A DNA stretch of 64,000 nt from an uncultured delta proteobacterium (lineage in GTDB: Bacteria; Desulfobacterota; Binatia; JACPRU01). Of this stretch, positions 38,987 to 50,643 are shown piece after piece. The stretch is from positions 64,001-128,000 of the forward strand of contig CAVUWD010000016.1 in the NCBI GenBank assembly GCA_963745025.1, in the 5' to 3' direction. Position numbers and translations under genes: made by a program. Every line of letters begins with the position of its first letter. Position 1 is the first letter of the stretch. A model generated the notes under the pieces. That model searched no databases and was not told where the DNA came from. It worked only from the letters and a program-made list of their open reading frames with translations.

Positions 38987-40089
38987 CCCGCGTGCGCCTG
39001 CGAGGCCTCACGCTCGTGTCGGTCGTGTTGCTCGCGCTCGTCACGAGGCTCGGCCACGCCGCCGGCTGGGTATCGGACGCGTGGATCACCGTGAAGACCA
39101 AGATCGGGCTCGTCACCACAGAGGAGCTGGCAAGCTCGGAGATCTCCGTCGACACGGTCGACGGACGGGTCACGCTCTGCGGCAAGGTGCCCGGGTCAAC
39201 GCAAAAGCAGAAGGCGGAGGAGGTCGCCAAACTGGTCTCAGGTGTACGCGACGTGCGCAACCTCCTGCAGATCGTGCCGCCCGAGCACGCCGAAGTCGCG
39301 AAGGAGACCGACACCAAGATCCAGCACGACGCCCAGGAAGCGCTCGCCAAAGACCTGGAGCTCGCCGGGTCGGGCATTCGGGTCGCTTCGGTGGCGGCGG
39401 GCGTGCTCGTGCTCGGCGGCACCGCGCGCAGCTCCGTAGAGCTTCTGCGCGCGCTCGACGCCGTCCGGCACGTCCGCGGCGTGCACCGCGTCCAGAGCGC
39501 GGTCGAGATCGCCGCTGGCGATCCGGAGGTCGACATCTGGAGCGGCCACGAGCTTCGCCAGGACGGGCGCGGCGCGCTCGACGCCGCTTCCGATCTCTGG
39601 TTGACGGCCAACACGCGCCTGCGGCTGCTCGCCGACCCCAAGCTTCGCGGCCTCGACATCAGCGTCGACAGCGGGGGTCAAACGGTCACGCTTTTCGGCA
39701 TCGTTCCCTCCACCGCAGCGAAGCGTGCGGCCGAGCAGGACGCGCGGCAAGTGTCCGGCGTGCGCGCGGTGCGTAACGAGCTGCAGGTTGTGCCGGCCTC
39801 GAAGCAGCAGATCGTACGCGCGCGTGACAACGACCTCGAGCAGAAGGTGACGGCGGCGATCTATCGGCGCCCGGAACTGAAGCACGCGGCGATCGGTGTG
39901 GCGGTGCGCAACGGGGTCGTGCGGCTGTCGGGTACGGCGCCGAGCCAACAGCATCGCCTGTTCGCGGCGACCGCGGCGCATGCGGTACCGGGCGTGCGAG
40001 CCGTCGAAGAGAACATCAAGGTGACGACCGTAATTCAGGGAAAGGCCTCTTCGGCCTCGGCGGCACATCCGGCGCCGCCCGAGCACTAG
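38983..40089 (+). CDS. OsmY-like multi-BON domain protein
   Basis: SDAWITVKTK...VDTVDGRVTL...VSGVRDVRNLL repeated about 4 times; signal peptide; GTGA overlap. Confidence 0.9.
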   Translation: MTRVRLRGLTLVSVVLLALVTRLGHAAGWVSDAWITVKTKIGLVTTEELASSEISVDTVDGRVTLCGKVPGSTQKQKAEEVAKLVSGVRDVRNLLQIVPPEHAEVAKETDTKIQHDAQEALAKDLELAGSGIRVASVAAGVLVLGGTARSSVELLRALDAVRHVRGVHRVQSAVEIAAGDPEVDIWSGHELRQDGRGALDAASDLWLTANTRLRLLADPKLRGLDISVDSGGQTVTLFGIVPSTAAKRAAEQDARQVSGVRAVRNELQVVPASKQQIVRARDNDLEQKVTAAIYRRPELKHAAIGVAVRNGVVRLSGTAPSQQHRLFAATAAHAVPGVRAVEENIKVTTVIQGKASSASAAHPAPPEH

Positions 40090-40271
40090 GGGCCCGCAAC
40101 AGCCACGTCGATGTCGACGCGGAGCCTTCGAAGACAGATATTTTAGAGCCGGCTTCACGCTCCGATTTTATCGGCGCGACCGATCTCGTCTCGAAATGTT
40201 TATATCCATACGTCCGAACGCCACGCGGACGACGCTACTCGTTGCCGGTTTGACCGGCGCACGGAGGACTC

Positions 40272-40436
40272 ATGCTACACTACGCCGTCGTCTTCTTCGT
40301 CATCGCCATCATCGCCGCCGTGCTCGGTTTTGGCGGCGTGGCCGGACTCTCCGCGGAGATCGGGTACACCTTTGCAGTGCTTGCCGTAGTGTTACTCGTC
40401 GTCGCACTTCTGTCCGGCCGGGCGCCGACGCCGTGA
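40272..40436 (+). CDS. DUF1328 (YtjA-like) small membrane protein
   Basis: MLHYAVVFFVIAIIAAVLGFGGVAG; GGAGG RBS; absent from the ORF track. Confidence 0.9.
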   Translation: MLHYAVVFFVIAIIAAVLGFGGVAGLSAEIGYTFAVLAVVLLVVALLSGRAPTP

Positions 40437-40762
40437 ATGTCCCAGCGCCCGAGCCAACCTCGAAAACTCCCCTCGGGGAGGCTCGGGCGCCCTCCCGCGG
40501 CGACGCCCTTCGTGGGGCGTCGCGAACAAGTCCCGTACAGTGTCGCGAGCGAGGCGATGGCAGCAACGATACCTACGCAGCGAGGCACTCGATCGTCGCC
40601 CCGAGTGCTCGCCAGAACCAGCTTGGGCGCGGTGCGACCACCTCGCGGATGGAGGTTTTAATCGGCCAGTGCTGATCTCCAACCCAGGCCTTCGTCCCGC
40701 ATCCTCGCGACGGACGGATCACTCACGACGGCCCGGCGGGATCGCGAAAGGAGTTACGGACG

Positions 40763-40948
40763 ATGAAGGTCACGAAGTCTCTTCCGTTGGTGCTCTCCGG
40801 AGCGCTTCTCGTCTTCGCACTCGGCTGCGAGAAGAAGGAAGGTCCGGCCGAACAGGCGGGCAAGCAGATCGACAAAGGACTGGGACAGATCGGGGACCAA
40901 ATGAAGGATGCCGGCGAGAAGGTGAAGAACAAGGCCGAAGGATACTGA
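40763..40948 (+). CDS. Small stress-associated lipoprotein
   Basis: Lipobox ALGC then EKKEGPAEQAGKQIDK; AAGGAG RBS. Confidence 0.8.
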   Translation: MKVTKSLPLVLSGALLVFALGCEKKEGPAEQAGKQIDKGLGQIGDQMKDAGEKVKNKAEGY

Positions 40949-41106
40949 TCGTTACGCCGGATCGGATCGGTGCCGTTTTCCGTGGAGATCGATCGCGGAG
41001 CTCGACGCGTTCGAGCCCGAGTCCTTCACCTTCTCGTACTCGACTGTTCAGAGGTGATCGCTCTGGCGATCACACCCGCTGCGCCGCCCATGGCGGCTCT
41101 CACTGG

Positions 41107-41930
41107 TCAAACCGTCGCAAAGACCCGATAGATCGCCGCCTCATAGGGCTGGAGCTCGAGCGATCGGGTGATGCCACCCGCTTTCCCTCGCCCGCCGAAC
41201 TCCGTCGCCGCCGTCGAAAGCAGCAGGCTCCACCCTCCCTGAGGAACGGGGGTGACGTCGGGGGCGGTCTTGTCCCTTGATACGTTGAACAGCGTGAGCA
41301 ACTCGCGGCCGGGCCGACCGTAGTGTCGAACCGCGATCCAGCCTTCGGGCGAATGCTCTGCCGAGGGCGAGTACTCGACTTGGACTTCCGCGGAATCGGG
41401 GTGAAGCGCCGGCTCCGCACGACGGAGCCCGAGAAGGCTCCGGTAGAGGTGCAGCATCTCCCGATGCGGCGAGCGATCGCCAGTCGATACGCGATCGCAG
41501 AAAAGTCTCACGGCGAGACCGGTCTCGTGTGCGGCATCGACGAGCCGTTTGAGGCCAAGCGGTCCGCCGTAGTTGCTGTGCGGCGCGTACGGATGGACGC
41601 CGTCGTAGCCCCAGTTCCGCCGACCCGGAAACTCGGCGACGGGCATAATCTCGATCGCGCTCACGCCGAGGTCTCGGAGCGCGGGCAGATGCTTGACGAC
41701 GCCGTCGAAGCTGCCAGAGATCGTGAAGGTGCCGACGTGGAGCTCGTAGATCACCAGATCGGACATCGCGATGCCGGGCCAGCGCTGGTCGGACCAGGCG
41801 AAGTCACCCGGCGCCACGATGCGTGACGGGTTATGCACGCCGTACGGCTGAAAGCGGCTTACGGGGTCTGGCCGATTGCGCGAGCCATCGAGGCGGTAAG
41901 AGTAGTGTCTCCGACCCGCTCGCGGAGTGA
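41107..41930 (-). pseudogene. treZ: Malto-oligosyltrehalose trehalohydrolase, 5'-truncated and internally deleted
   Basis: PDPVSRFQP, IYELHVGTF, RNWGYDGV, then a jump to the C-terminal YRSLLGLRR; catalytic core absent. Confidence 0.85.
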
Positions 41931-42033
41931 AACCGCAGTGCAGAAAAGCTACGACGAGACTTCTCGCACGTACGTTGAAACGAGGTGAACCAAATCGGGT
42001 TTCGCTGTCTCGAGGCTCACGCTGTAAGAACGA

Positions 42034-44904
42034 ATGAGCGCCTCGCCCCGGAGGGCGCGAGGCGCCAACCAAGGCCATCGGATGGAGTGTCGAATTCCTG
42101 CGAGCACGTATCGCGTGCAGCTCCACGCGGGCTTCACGTTTGCGGATCTCCGCGGAGTGCTCCCGTACCTCGCGCGACTCGGGGTGACCGATTGCTATCT
42201 CTCTCCGTGCTTGCAGGCGCGGCCCGGCAGCCAGCATGGCTACGACATCTGCGACCACACGCGGCTGAACGTGCAGCTCGGCGGCGAGCCGGAGTTCGAC
42301 GCGCTCGCGGCCGAAGCCCGACGGTTAGGGATGGGGCTCGTGGTCGACTTCGTGCCCAACCACATGGGCATCGATCCGAAAACCAATCGCTGGTGGTGGA
42401 ACGTGCTCGAAGACGGCCCGTGCTCGCGGTACGCCCGCTTCTTCGACATCGACTGGCATCCGATCAAGTCGGAGCTCGAGGGGAAGCTGCTGCTCGCGAT
42501 CCTTGGCCGGCCTTACGGGGAGGCGCTCGAGCGCGGAGAGCTCGTACTCGCAGTTGACGAGGGCCGGCTCGTACTACGCTATTTCGACCACGAGCTCCCG
42601 ATCGATCCGCGGCTCGCTCCACGGGTGCTCGAGCGGAACGTCGAAGCGCTTCGCGCGGAGCTCGGCGACGAGGACTCGGCCCTCCGCGAGTTTCTGAGCA
42701 TCGCGGCGGCGCTCCGCAACCTTCCGACCGAGCCCGAACCCGATCGCATCACCGAGCGCGAGCGCGAGAAGGAATTCGCCCGTGAGCGCCTGGCGCGGTT
42801 GCTCGAGCGCTCGCCACCGATCGCCCGCCACGTGGACGACGCGATCGCCGGCGTCAATGGCAAGCCCGAGTTGCCCGCGAGCTTCGACGATCTCCACGAT
42901 CTGCTCGAAGGCCAATCGTATCGCCTCGCCTACTGGCGAGCGGCGTCGCACGAGATCAACTACCGGCGCTTCTTCGACGTGAACGATCTCGCTGCTCTCC
43001 GCATCGAGGATCCCGCCGTGTTCGAGGCGACGCACGCGCGCATGGTGCGCCTGGTACGAGAGGAGAAGATCACCGGACTTCGGATCGATCACATCGACGG
43101 CCTGTTCGATCCAAGCGGCTACCTCTCGCGCCTGCACGAGGCGACCGGTCCGTGCTACGTCGTCGTCGAGAAGATCCTGACGGGCAACGAGACCTTGCGC
43201 GAGGGGTGGTTGACGCACGGTACGACGGGCTATGAGTTCCTGAACGATCTGAACGGCATCTTCGTCGACTCGCGGGGCGAGCGGCCGCTGCGCCGCTTCT
43301 ACGAGCGCTTCACTAAACGCACGGCGCCGTTCCCCATCCTCACCTACGTCGGCAAGAAGCTCATCGTCGAGACCTCGCTCGCGAGCGAGCTCGCGATGCT
43401 CGCGGATGCGCTGAACCGCATCTCCGAACAAGACCGCCGCTCTCGTGACTTCACGCTGCAGAGCCTTCGAGACGTGCTGATCGAGGTGACGGCGACCTTT
43501 CCCGTCTATCGCACGTACGTCGACCGGAGTGGAGCCCGCGACTTCGATCTCCGTGCGATCGACAGCGCGATCTTGCGCGCGAGGCGGCGAAATCCGGCGA
43601 TGGAGAAGTCGATCTTCGCGTTCGTGCGCAAGGTGCTGCTCGCCGAAGCCGACGGATTCCCTGAGGCCGAGTACTTCCGCCGCCTCGAGTTCGCGATGAA
43701 GTTTCAGCAGTACAGCGGCCCGGTGCAGGCCAAAGGCCTGGAGGACACTGCCTTCTATCGCTACAACCTGCTCGTCTCGTTGAACGAGGTGGGGGGTGAT
43801 CCGCAGCGCTTCGGACGGTCGGTCGCCAACTTCCACGGCGCGAACCGATACCGGCGCGAGCACTGGCCTGCGACGATGCTCGCCACCTCGACGCACGACA
43901 CCAAGCGGAGTGAGGATGTTCGCGCGCGAGTCAACGTGCTCTCGGAGCTGCCCGACGAATGGTCGCGGGTGGTGTCGCGCTGCAGCCGATGGAATGCGCG
44001 CAACCGTACGGCGACCGAGGGCGACAAGGCTCCCGACCGCAACGACGAGCTGCTCTTCTATCAGTCGCTCGTCGGCGTCTGGCCCTTCGGCGCGACACGG
44101 GCCGACGCGACGCTCGTCGAGCGCTTGGTCCGGTGCATGGGCAAGTCGGCAAAGGAAGCGAAGCTCCACACGAGTTGGATCAATGACGACCCGGCGTACG
44201 AGGGGGCGCTGAAGAGCTTCGTCGAGAAGACGTTGACCGGCGAGCGGACGGCGAAGTTCTTCGAGTCGTTCCTGCCGTTCCAGCAGCGAGTGACGAGACT
44301 CGGCATGGTAAACTCACTCGCCCAGGTGCTGCTCAAGATCGTCTCGCCCGGCGTCGCAGACTTCTATCAGGGGAACGAGGTCTGGGATTTGAGCCTCGTC
44401 GATCCCGACAACCGTCGGCCGGTCGACTACACATCGCAAAGGCACCTGCTCGACGAGATGGAGTCCGCACTCGTGGACCCGGCGGCGCGGGGGGCTGCGG
44501 CGGCGCGCTTGCTCGAGCAGTGGACGGACGGCGCGATCAAGCTCTACGTGACCACGCTCGGCTTGCGCCTGCGACGCGAGCACCCGAAGCTCTTCCTGGA
44601 AGGAGAGTACGTGCCGGTGCCGGCGTCGGGCGCGCGCTCTGAACACGTGGTCGCGATCGAGCGGAGTTTCGAGGACCACGCCGTCGTTGCGATCGCGCCG
44701 CGGCTTTCGAGCAGCCTGACTTCGACCGAGCACCCGTGGCCGCTCGGCGAGCCGAGCTGGGGCGATACCACGGTCGCGCTCTCCGACCTCGCCGGCAGAG
44801 ATCTCCTGAACATCTTCACCGGCAATCGATTCCGCGCGGCCGAATCGCTGCTCGTTGCCGAGCTCTTGCAGGCCTTTCCTGTCGCTCTCATCGTCCCGGT
44901 CTGA
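42034..44904 (+). CDS. treY: Malto-oligosyltrehalose synthase
   Basis: STYRVQL, GSQHGYD, DFVPNHMG, NYRRFF, GLRIDHIDGL, STHDTKRSED, SLVDPDNRRP. Confidence 0.95.
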   Translation: MSASPRRARGANQGHRMECRIPASTYRVQLHAGFTFADLRGVLPYLARLGVTDCYLSPCLQARPGSQHGYDICDHTRLNVQLGGEPEFDALAAEARRLGMGLVVDFVPNHMGIDPKTNRWWWNVLEDGPCSRYARFFDIDWHPIKSELEGKLLLAILGRPYGEALERGELVLAVDEGRLVLRYFDHELPIDPRLAPRVLERNVEALRAELGDEDSALREFLSIAAALRNLPTEPEPDRITEREREKEFARERLARLLERSPPIARHVDDAIAGVNGKPELPASFDDLHDLLEGQSYRLAYWRAASHEINYRRFFDVNDLAALRIEDPAVFEATHARMVRLVREEKITGLRIDHIDGLFDPSGYLSRLHEATGPCYVVVEKILTGNETLREGWLTHGTTGYEFLNDLNGIFVDSRGERPLRRFYERFTKRTAPFPILTYVGKKLIVETSLASELAMLADALNRISEQDRRSRDFTLQSLRDVLIEVTATFPVYRTYVDRSGARDFDLRAIDSAILRARRRNPAMEKSIFAFVRKVLLAEADGFPEAEYFRRLEFAMKFQQYSGPVQAKGLEDTAFYRYNLLVSLNEVGGDPQRFGRSVANFHGANRYRREHWPATMLATSTHDTKRSEDVRARVNVLSELPDEWSRVVSRCSRWNARNRTATEGDKAPDRNDELLFYQSLVGVWPFGATRADATLVERLVRCMGKSAKEAKLHTSWINDDPAYEGALKSFVEKTLTGERTAKFFESFLPFQQRVTRLGMVNSLAQVLLKIVSPGVADFYQGNEVWDLSLVDPDNRRPVDYTSQRHLLDEMESALVDPAARGAAAARLLEQWTDGAIKLYVTTLGLRLRREHPKLFLEGEYVPVPASGARSEHVVAIERSFEDHAVVAIAPRLSSSLTSTEHPWPLGEPSWGDTTVALSDLAGRDLLNIFTGNRFRAAESLLVAELLQAFPVALIVPV

Positions 44905-45079
44905 CGCGGATTCCGCGCAACATTCTGCCCGCAGCTCCCGCTTCAAGCGTCTAGATGTCCGCTCATCTCCGGGGAGATGCGTCGCGGGTCGTTTCCACGG
45001 CCGCGGCGCTCGAGAAGGTCCGCCGTCGAAGGTCTATCGATCTCGACCGTTGGTCGTGCTCGTGGCGTCGATCCGGGAA

Positions 45080-45175
45080 ATGGCCGCGGCAAACAGCCGA
45101 ACCGACCCCCTCGATGAAGTGCTTTTCTCCCCACGGCCCCAGGCCCGCGTCGAACGTTAGCGGCCGGGACCTCGC
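45080..45175 (-). pseudogene. Remnant of a diacylglycerol kinase-family paralogue
   Basis: RPLTFDAGLGPWGEKHFIEGVG resembles [23 protein letters not shown] of CDS 52898. Confidence 0.55.
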
Positions 45176-45232
45176 CGGCATGCCGGCGACCACTTGGTGC
45201 TGGGAGGCGTCGCCCCCTGTCAAAAGAAGCTT

Positions 45233-45380
45233 GTAATGCCTCAGTTTTGGCCACACGCGCTGGAAATTCCTGAAGGGCTGGATCTTCCGGTCGGCCGGTG
45301 CTCGGGTCGACCGGAAGATCCAGCCACCGCGCGCAAGCTCGGTCATTCCGAAGCCTTCGAGGCGAAGACTGAGGCGTTAC
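45233..45380 (+). mobile_element. MITE-like element (repeat family copy 3) with 20-bp terminal inverted repeats
   Basis: GTAATGCCTCAGTTTTGGCC ... GGCGAAGACTGAGGCGTTAC around the conserved hairpin. Confidence 0.65.
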
Positions 45381-45965
45381 ATAAGCTTTTGCACCTCTGG
45401 AGACGCCCGTGGTGCGGTGAATCTCCGGGCAGTTCGCATTTGGGGCGTCCCAGATCTTCGCTAGCTCCGACAGTCACGACGCCCGGGGGTCAGCAGAAGT
45501 AGAGGCCCCGCAACCGCGTCTGATTGATTGTGTTTTGCTGTAGAGAAGGGGGGGTGCCGTCATAGGCGGCGCGATGCAGAGTACGAACACCGCAACACTA
45601 GAGCGCCTGCAGGGCCTGCGGGTCCTTATCGTCGACGATGATCGGGACAGCAGTCAGGCGCTCGGCGTACTTTTCGATCAAGCCGGTTTACAAGTATCGC
45701 TCGCCGAATCGGCGCCCGCGGCCGAGCGATCGTTCCAAGACGCTCATCCCGACGTGATCATCGTCGATCTCGCGATGCCCGGACAAGACGGCTTCGCGCT
45801 GGTCCGCCGCCTCCGCGCGCTCGAGCGCGATTCCAGCCAGCATTCCGTCGCGGTCGCAATGACCGGGTTCAGGGATCCGGAGATCCGACGCCGTGCCTCC
45901 CACGAGGGATTCGACGACTACTTCGTGAAGCCGATTGACTTGGCTGCGCTGATTGCGCGGTTGGC

Positions 45966-47426
<1,461 letters not shown>

Positions 47427-47438
47427 CCGGGGAATCTA

Positions 47439-47572
47439 TTACAAGAGCTGTAATTCTTACAATTCATTTGAAGGGATTACCTGCGATTGACGGCTAACCG
47501 CTGGGCGGAAGAATTTTTTTTCAACTGTTTTCAGGTGGTTAGTCGCCCCCCATCGCTGGCCCTGGTCTTGCT
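47439..47572 (+). promoter_or_regulatory. Sigma54 promoter (47557-47572) with upstream TTACA/TGTAA repeats and an A/T tract
   Basis: TGGC-CCTGGTC-TTGCT with exact spacing; TTACA-N5-TGTAA-N3-TTACA at 47439-47461. Confidence 0.65.
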
Positions 47573-47600
47573 GTTCAAGGCGGGCCAGGGGGACACTAAG

Positions 47601-48509
47601 ATGCGAACCCAAACAATCAACGAAATCCCGACTACCGAAACCTACGATCTGCCCCTCCTTGCAGAGAACCAGAGTGAGGCAACCGAGTGGCGGAGCGATC
47701 CCGACGTCGTGCTGATGGAGCAGGTACGGGACGGCGACGTCGAGGCGTTCGAAGCGCTCTTCCACAAGTACAGCTCCTCGGTCGTGAAGCTGGCCTACCG
47801 GTTCGTCCGCTCCCGCGAGAGGGCCGAGGAGCTAGCGCAGACGGCGTTCCTGCAACTCTACCGGGCGCGCCATCGCTACGAGCCGCGCGCGCGATTCCTC
47901 ACGTATCTCTACCGGATCACGACGAACATCTGCCTGAACGAGCTCCGGCGTCGCGAGTACTCTGCGACGATCAAATCTCTGGATACTCCGATCGACGACG
48001 GGAGCGGCAGCAGCCCGGCGTCCTCGCGGATCCCCGACGAGATGTCCGAGGATCCGGCGCAGCAACTCGCCGCCGCCGAGATCACTGGAGAGGTCCGGCG
48101 CGTGCTCGATCAGCTGCCGTTGAACCAGCGCACCGCCTTCCTGCTCGGGCGTGTCGACGGCATGTCGTATCGCGACGTCGCCGACACGCTGAACACGTCG
48201 GTGAGTGCGGTGAAGAGCCTGATCTTCCGGGCGACGAGTACGCTGCGCTGGGAGCTCCGCGGCGTCATCGAGGGCTCTGAGGCTCACGCACGCGGCAACG
48301 CTACGCGCTCACGCGCAAATTCGGCCGCGCGACCGGAAGCCACCGAAGCGATGGCGAGCAGTAGCTCCGGCGCCTCGATCGGCTTCGTGAGATGGAGAGC
48401 GAAACCGGCTCGCTTCACGAGAGCCCGGTCCTCACAACTGGCCGACGCGGTGAACGCGATGACTGGAACGGTCGCGCTCCGTTCCCGGAGAGCCCTTAGG
48501 AGCTCGTAG
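47601..48509 (+). CDS. ECF sigma factor (last about 75 codons overlap the convergent kinase gene and may be spurious)
   Basis: GDVEAFEALF, AEELAQTAF, YLYRITTN, LPLNQR...GMSYRDVA...VKSLIFRA. Confidence 0.88.
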   Translation: MRTQTINEIPTTETYDLPLLAENQSEATEWRSDPDVVLMEQVRDGDVEAFEALFHKYSSSVVKLAYRFVRSRERAEELAQTAFLQLYRARHRYEPRARFLTYLYRITTNICLNELRRREYSATIKSLDTPIDDGSGSSPASSRIPDEMSEDPAQQLAAAEITGEVRRVLDQLPLNQRTAFLLGRVDGMSYRDVADTLNTSVSAVKSLIFRATSTLRWELRGVIEGSEAHARGNATRSRANSAARPEATEAMASSSSGASIGFVRWRAKPARFTRARSSQLADAVNAMTGTVALRSRRALRSS

Positions 48510-49618
48510 CCGTCTTCCTCGGGCATCGCGAGATCCGAGATCACAATTGCGCACGGCCGCTCCTCGAACAGGCGAAGCGCTTCGCGCACGGATCCGGCGC
48601 CTCGCACGATCGAGCCTGCGGCAGCGAGCACCAGCTCCAGGGCGTGGGCTGAGTCGGAGTCGTCGTCCACGACCAGGACCTCGAGTCCGCGAAGCACGGC
48701 GCTAGGCGAATCCGACGCGCATTTCGATTCGGCCGCTTCTGCACCCTGATATGGAACGAGCGGCAGGCGGATCCGGAATCGCGCGCCGTGGTCTTCCCCG
48801 TCGCTGCTCGCGTCGATACTCCCGCCGTGCAGCTCGACGAGATAGCGTGCGATCGAGAGGCCGAGCCCGAGACCCGAATGCCGGCGGGTGCTCGACGAAT
48901 CCCCTTGTCGAAAGGACTCGAACACGTAGGGCAGTACGTCCGGAGAGATGCCCGAGCCTGTGTCGGTGACGCAGATCTCCGCGACCCCTTCGCGGCAGCT
49001 CAGTTCGACGGTCACGCGCCCACCGGGGGGCGTGAACTTGAGCGCGTTCGACAGCACGTTGCCGATGACCTGCTGCAGCCGGGCTGAATCGGCGCGCATG
49101 GGTAGGCGCTGCACGTCGAGCCGACACTCGAGATCGATCTTCCTCTCGTCTGCAGGGACGGTTGCGAGGTCCACGGCGCCGCGAATGATCGCGACCAGGT
49201 CCGAACTCTCGGGCTCGAGCGACAGCCGGCCCAAGACGATGCGCGAGGTGTCGAGTAGGTCTTCGATCATCCGCGTCTGCAACTTGGCGCTGCGCTCGAT
49301 CGAGTCGAGCGCTTGGCTGTAAGTCTCCGCCGGCAACCGGTCGCTGCGAAGGACTTGGACCCACGTCAGGACCGAATTCAACGGGGAGCGCATCTCGTGA
49401 GACAGGATCGCGAGAAACGCGTCCTTCCGGCGATTGGCCTCCTCGGCGCGCTCGCGAGCCTGCCGCTCGAGCACGAGTTGGCGCTCGAGAGTGCGAACCG
49501 ATGCGTCGGTCGCTTTGCTTTCTGAGGAGACGTCGGAAGGCAACTGGGCTTCCCTCCGCCGCGGCCCTGGAAACCACCGCGGCGGACCGAGCATCCGCCC
49601 GACCCTCGGTGAGGTCAA
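48284..49618 (-). CDS. Hybrid histidine kinase (HisKA-HATPase-REC) without a sensor domain
   Basis: LSHEMRSPL, NVLSNALKFT, DTGSGI, GLGLGL, C-terminal REC. Confidence 0.92.
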   Translation of the reverse strand: MTSPRVGRMLGPPRWFPGPRRREAQLPSDVSSESKATDASVRTLERQLVLERQARERAEEANRRKDAFLAILSHEMRSPLNSVLTWVQVLRSDRLPAETYSQALDSIERSAKLQTRMIEDLLDTSRIVLGRLSLEPESSDLVAIIRGAVDLATVPADERKIDLECRLDVQRLPMRADSARLQQVIGNVLSNALKFTPPGGRVTVELSCREGVAEICVTDTGSGISPDVLPYVFESFRQGDSSSTRRHSGLGLGLSIARYLVELHGGSIDASSDGEDHGARFRIRLPLVPYQGAEAAESKCASDSPSAVLRGLEVLVVDDDSDSAHALELVLAAAGSIVRGAGSVREALRLFEERPCAIVISDLAMPEEDGYELLRALRERSATVPVIAFTASASCEDRALVKRAGFALHLTKPIEAPELLLAIASVASGRAAEFARERVALPRA

Positions 49619-49647
49619 GACACGAAAAGCTCGAATGGCGCCCGCCT

Positions 49648-50172
49648 TCAGGATTCGGCGGCCGGGCGCGCGCCTCGCATTCCCTCGCGGAAGCGATTCA
49701 CCTGGTCGCCGCTCTCGCGCCGTATCTCCTCGCCGCTCTTGGGAGTGATCAGCAGCACGAGCGCGGTGCCGATGGCCAGGCCGGCACCAAAACTCGCGAG
49801 TGCGGAGATCAGCGAGTCGCTCTCGCTCCGCCGTTCGAGGCCGAGAAGGGCGAGGAGATCAGAAGAGCGAGGGATTCGGTCCCATTGGTTGGCGAGTGTC
49901 GATTCGTCGTCGATGGCTGAAGCAATGGCCCGCGAGACCGCGCCTTGGAGCGCCGCGGACGCGAGCGCGCGGCCGGACAGCACGACGATTCCGGTGAGCA
50001 ACCGGCCGCTCAACCCGCCGCCAGCGACGAATCCGAGGCCAGCCGCAGCGCCGAGCGTAAGGTACGGGCTGCGTTCCAGGCCGTGCTCGAAAGCGCGGGC
50101 GGCCCTGGGGGGCGAGGCGCGCGGTTCCCGGGCGCGGCTTTTCGTTCGCCTGCTCGTCTCCGTCTCGTTCAT
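49648..50172 (-). CDS. YtxH-domain stress protein with an N-terminal DUF883-like segment
   Basis: PYLTLGAAAGLGF and FGAGLAIGTALVLLITPKSGEEIR. Confidence 0.6.
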   Translation of the reverse strand: MNETETSRRTKSRAREPRASPPRAARAFEHGLERSPYLTLGAAAGLGFVAGGGLSGRLLTGIVVLSGRALASAALQGAVSRAIASAIDDESTLANQWDRIPRSSDLLALLGLERRSESDSLISALASFGAGLAIGTALVLLITPKSGEEIRRESGDQVNRFREGMRGARPAAES

Positions 50173-50173
50173 C

Positions 50174-50371
50174 TCACAACCTCGAAAAGATGCGGCCGGC
50201 GACGAAGCCGGCGAAGATCGCCAGTCCGAGCGTGAGCAGCGGGCGCTCGCGCACGAAGCCGCGCACTTCGCGATCGAGACCCTGGAGCGGTCGAGCGGAG
50301 AGGCTCCCCGCCAATACATCGTTGCCGTCGTTCTCTCTAGAACCGCCCGAAGCTTCCGTCGTCTGTGTCAT
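50174..50371 (-). CDS. ElaB/YqjD/DUF883-like membrane-anchored protein
   Basis: FVRERPLLTLGLAIFAGFVAGR; AAGGAG RBS. Confidence 0.7.
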   Translation of the reverse strand: MTQTTEASGGSRENDGNDVLAGSLSARPLQGLDREVRGFVRERPLLTLGLAIFAGFVAGRIFSRL

Positions 50372-50400
50372 CGTTTCTCCTTCCCTTTTTTCGAGCGCGT

Positions 50401-50610
50401 TCAGCGGCGCGAGATCCAGACGCCCACGGCAAAGCCGCAGATCAGCCACGGGCAGGGGTTCGCGGCGATCCGCCCGCCGAGATCGACACGGCTCTGGGCG
50501 GCGGCTGCGAGCTCGTCGACCGCTTGCCGGAACTCCTGCTCGTTGCGCTCGACCGATTCGCGCAACGCTTCCTTTCTCTCCTCGAGCGATTCCTCGGACC
50601 CGTTCGCCAT
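50401..50610 (-). CDS. Small coiled-coil membrane-anchored protein (DUF3618/YqjK-like)
   Basis: Acidic coil plus PWLICGFAVGVW tail; operon context. Confidence 0.55.
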   Translation of the reverse strand: MANGSEESLEERKEALRESVERNEQEFRQAVDELAAAAQSRVDLGGRIAANPCPWLICGFAVGVWISRR

Positions 50611-50643
50611 TCGAACCTCTGTCGTCAAGCCTTCCGGAGCGCG

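Noticed and set aside
48284-48509. Functional 226-bp convergent overlap (ECF C-terminal extension)
   Set aside because: The extension reads like antisense of the REC domain; more likely a lost stop codon or an indel
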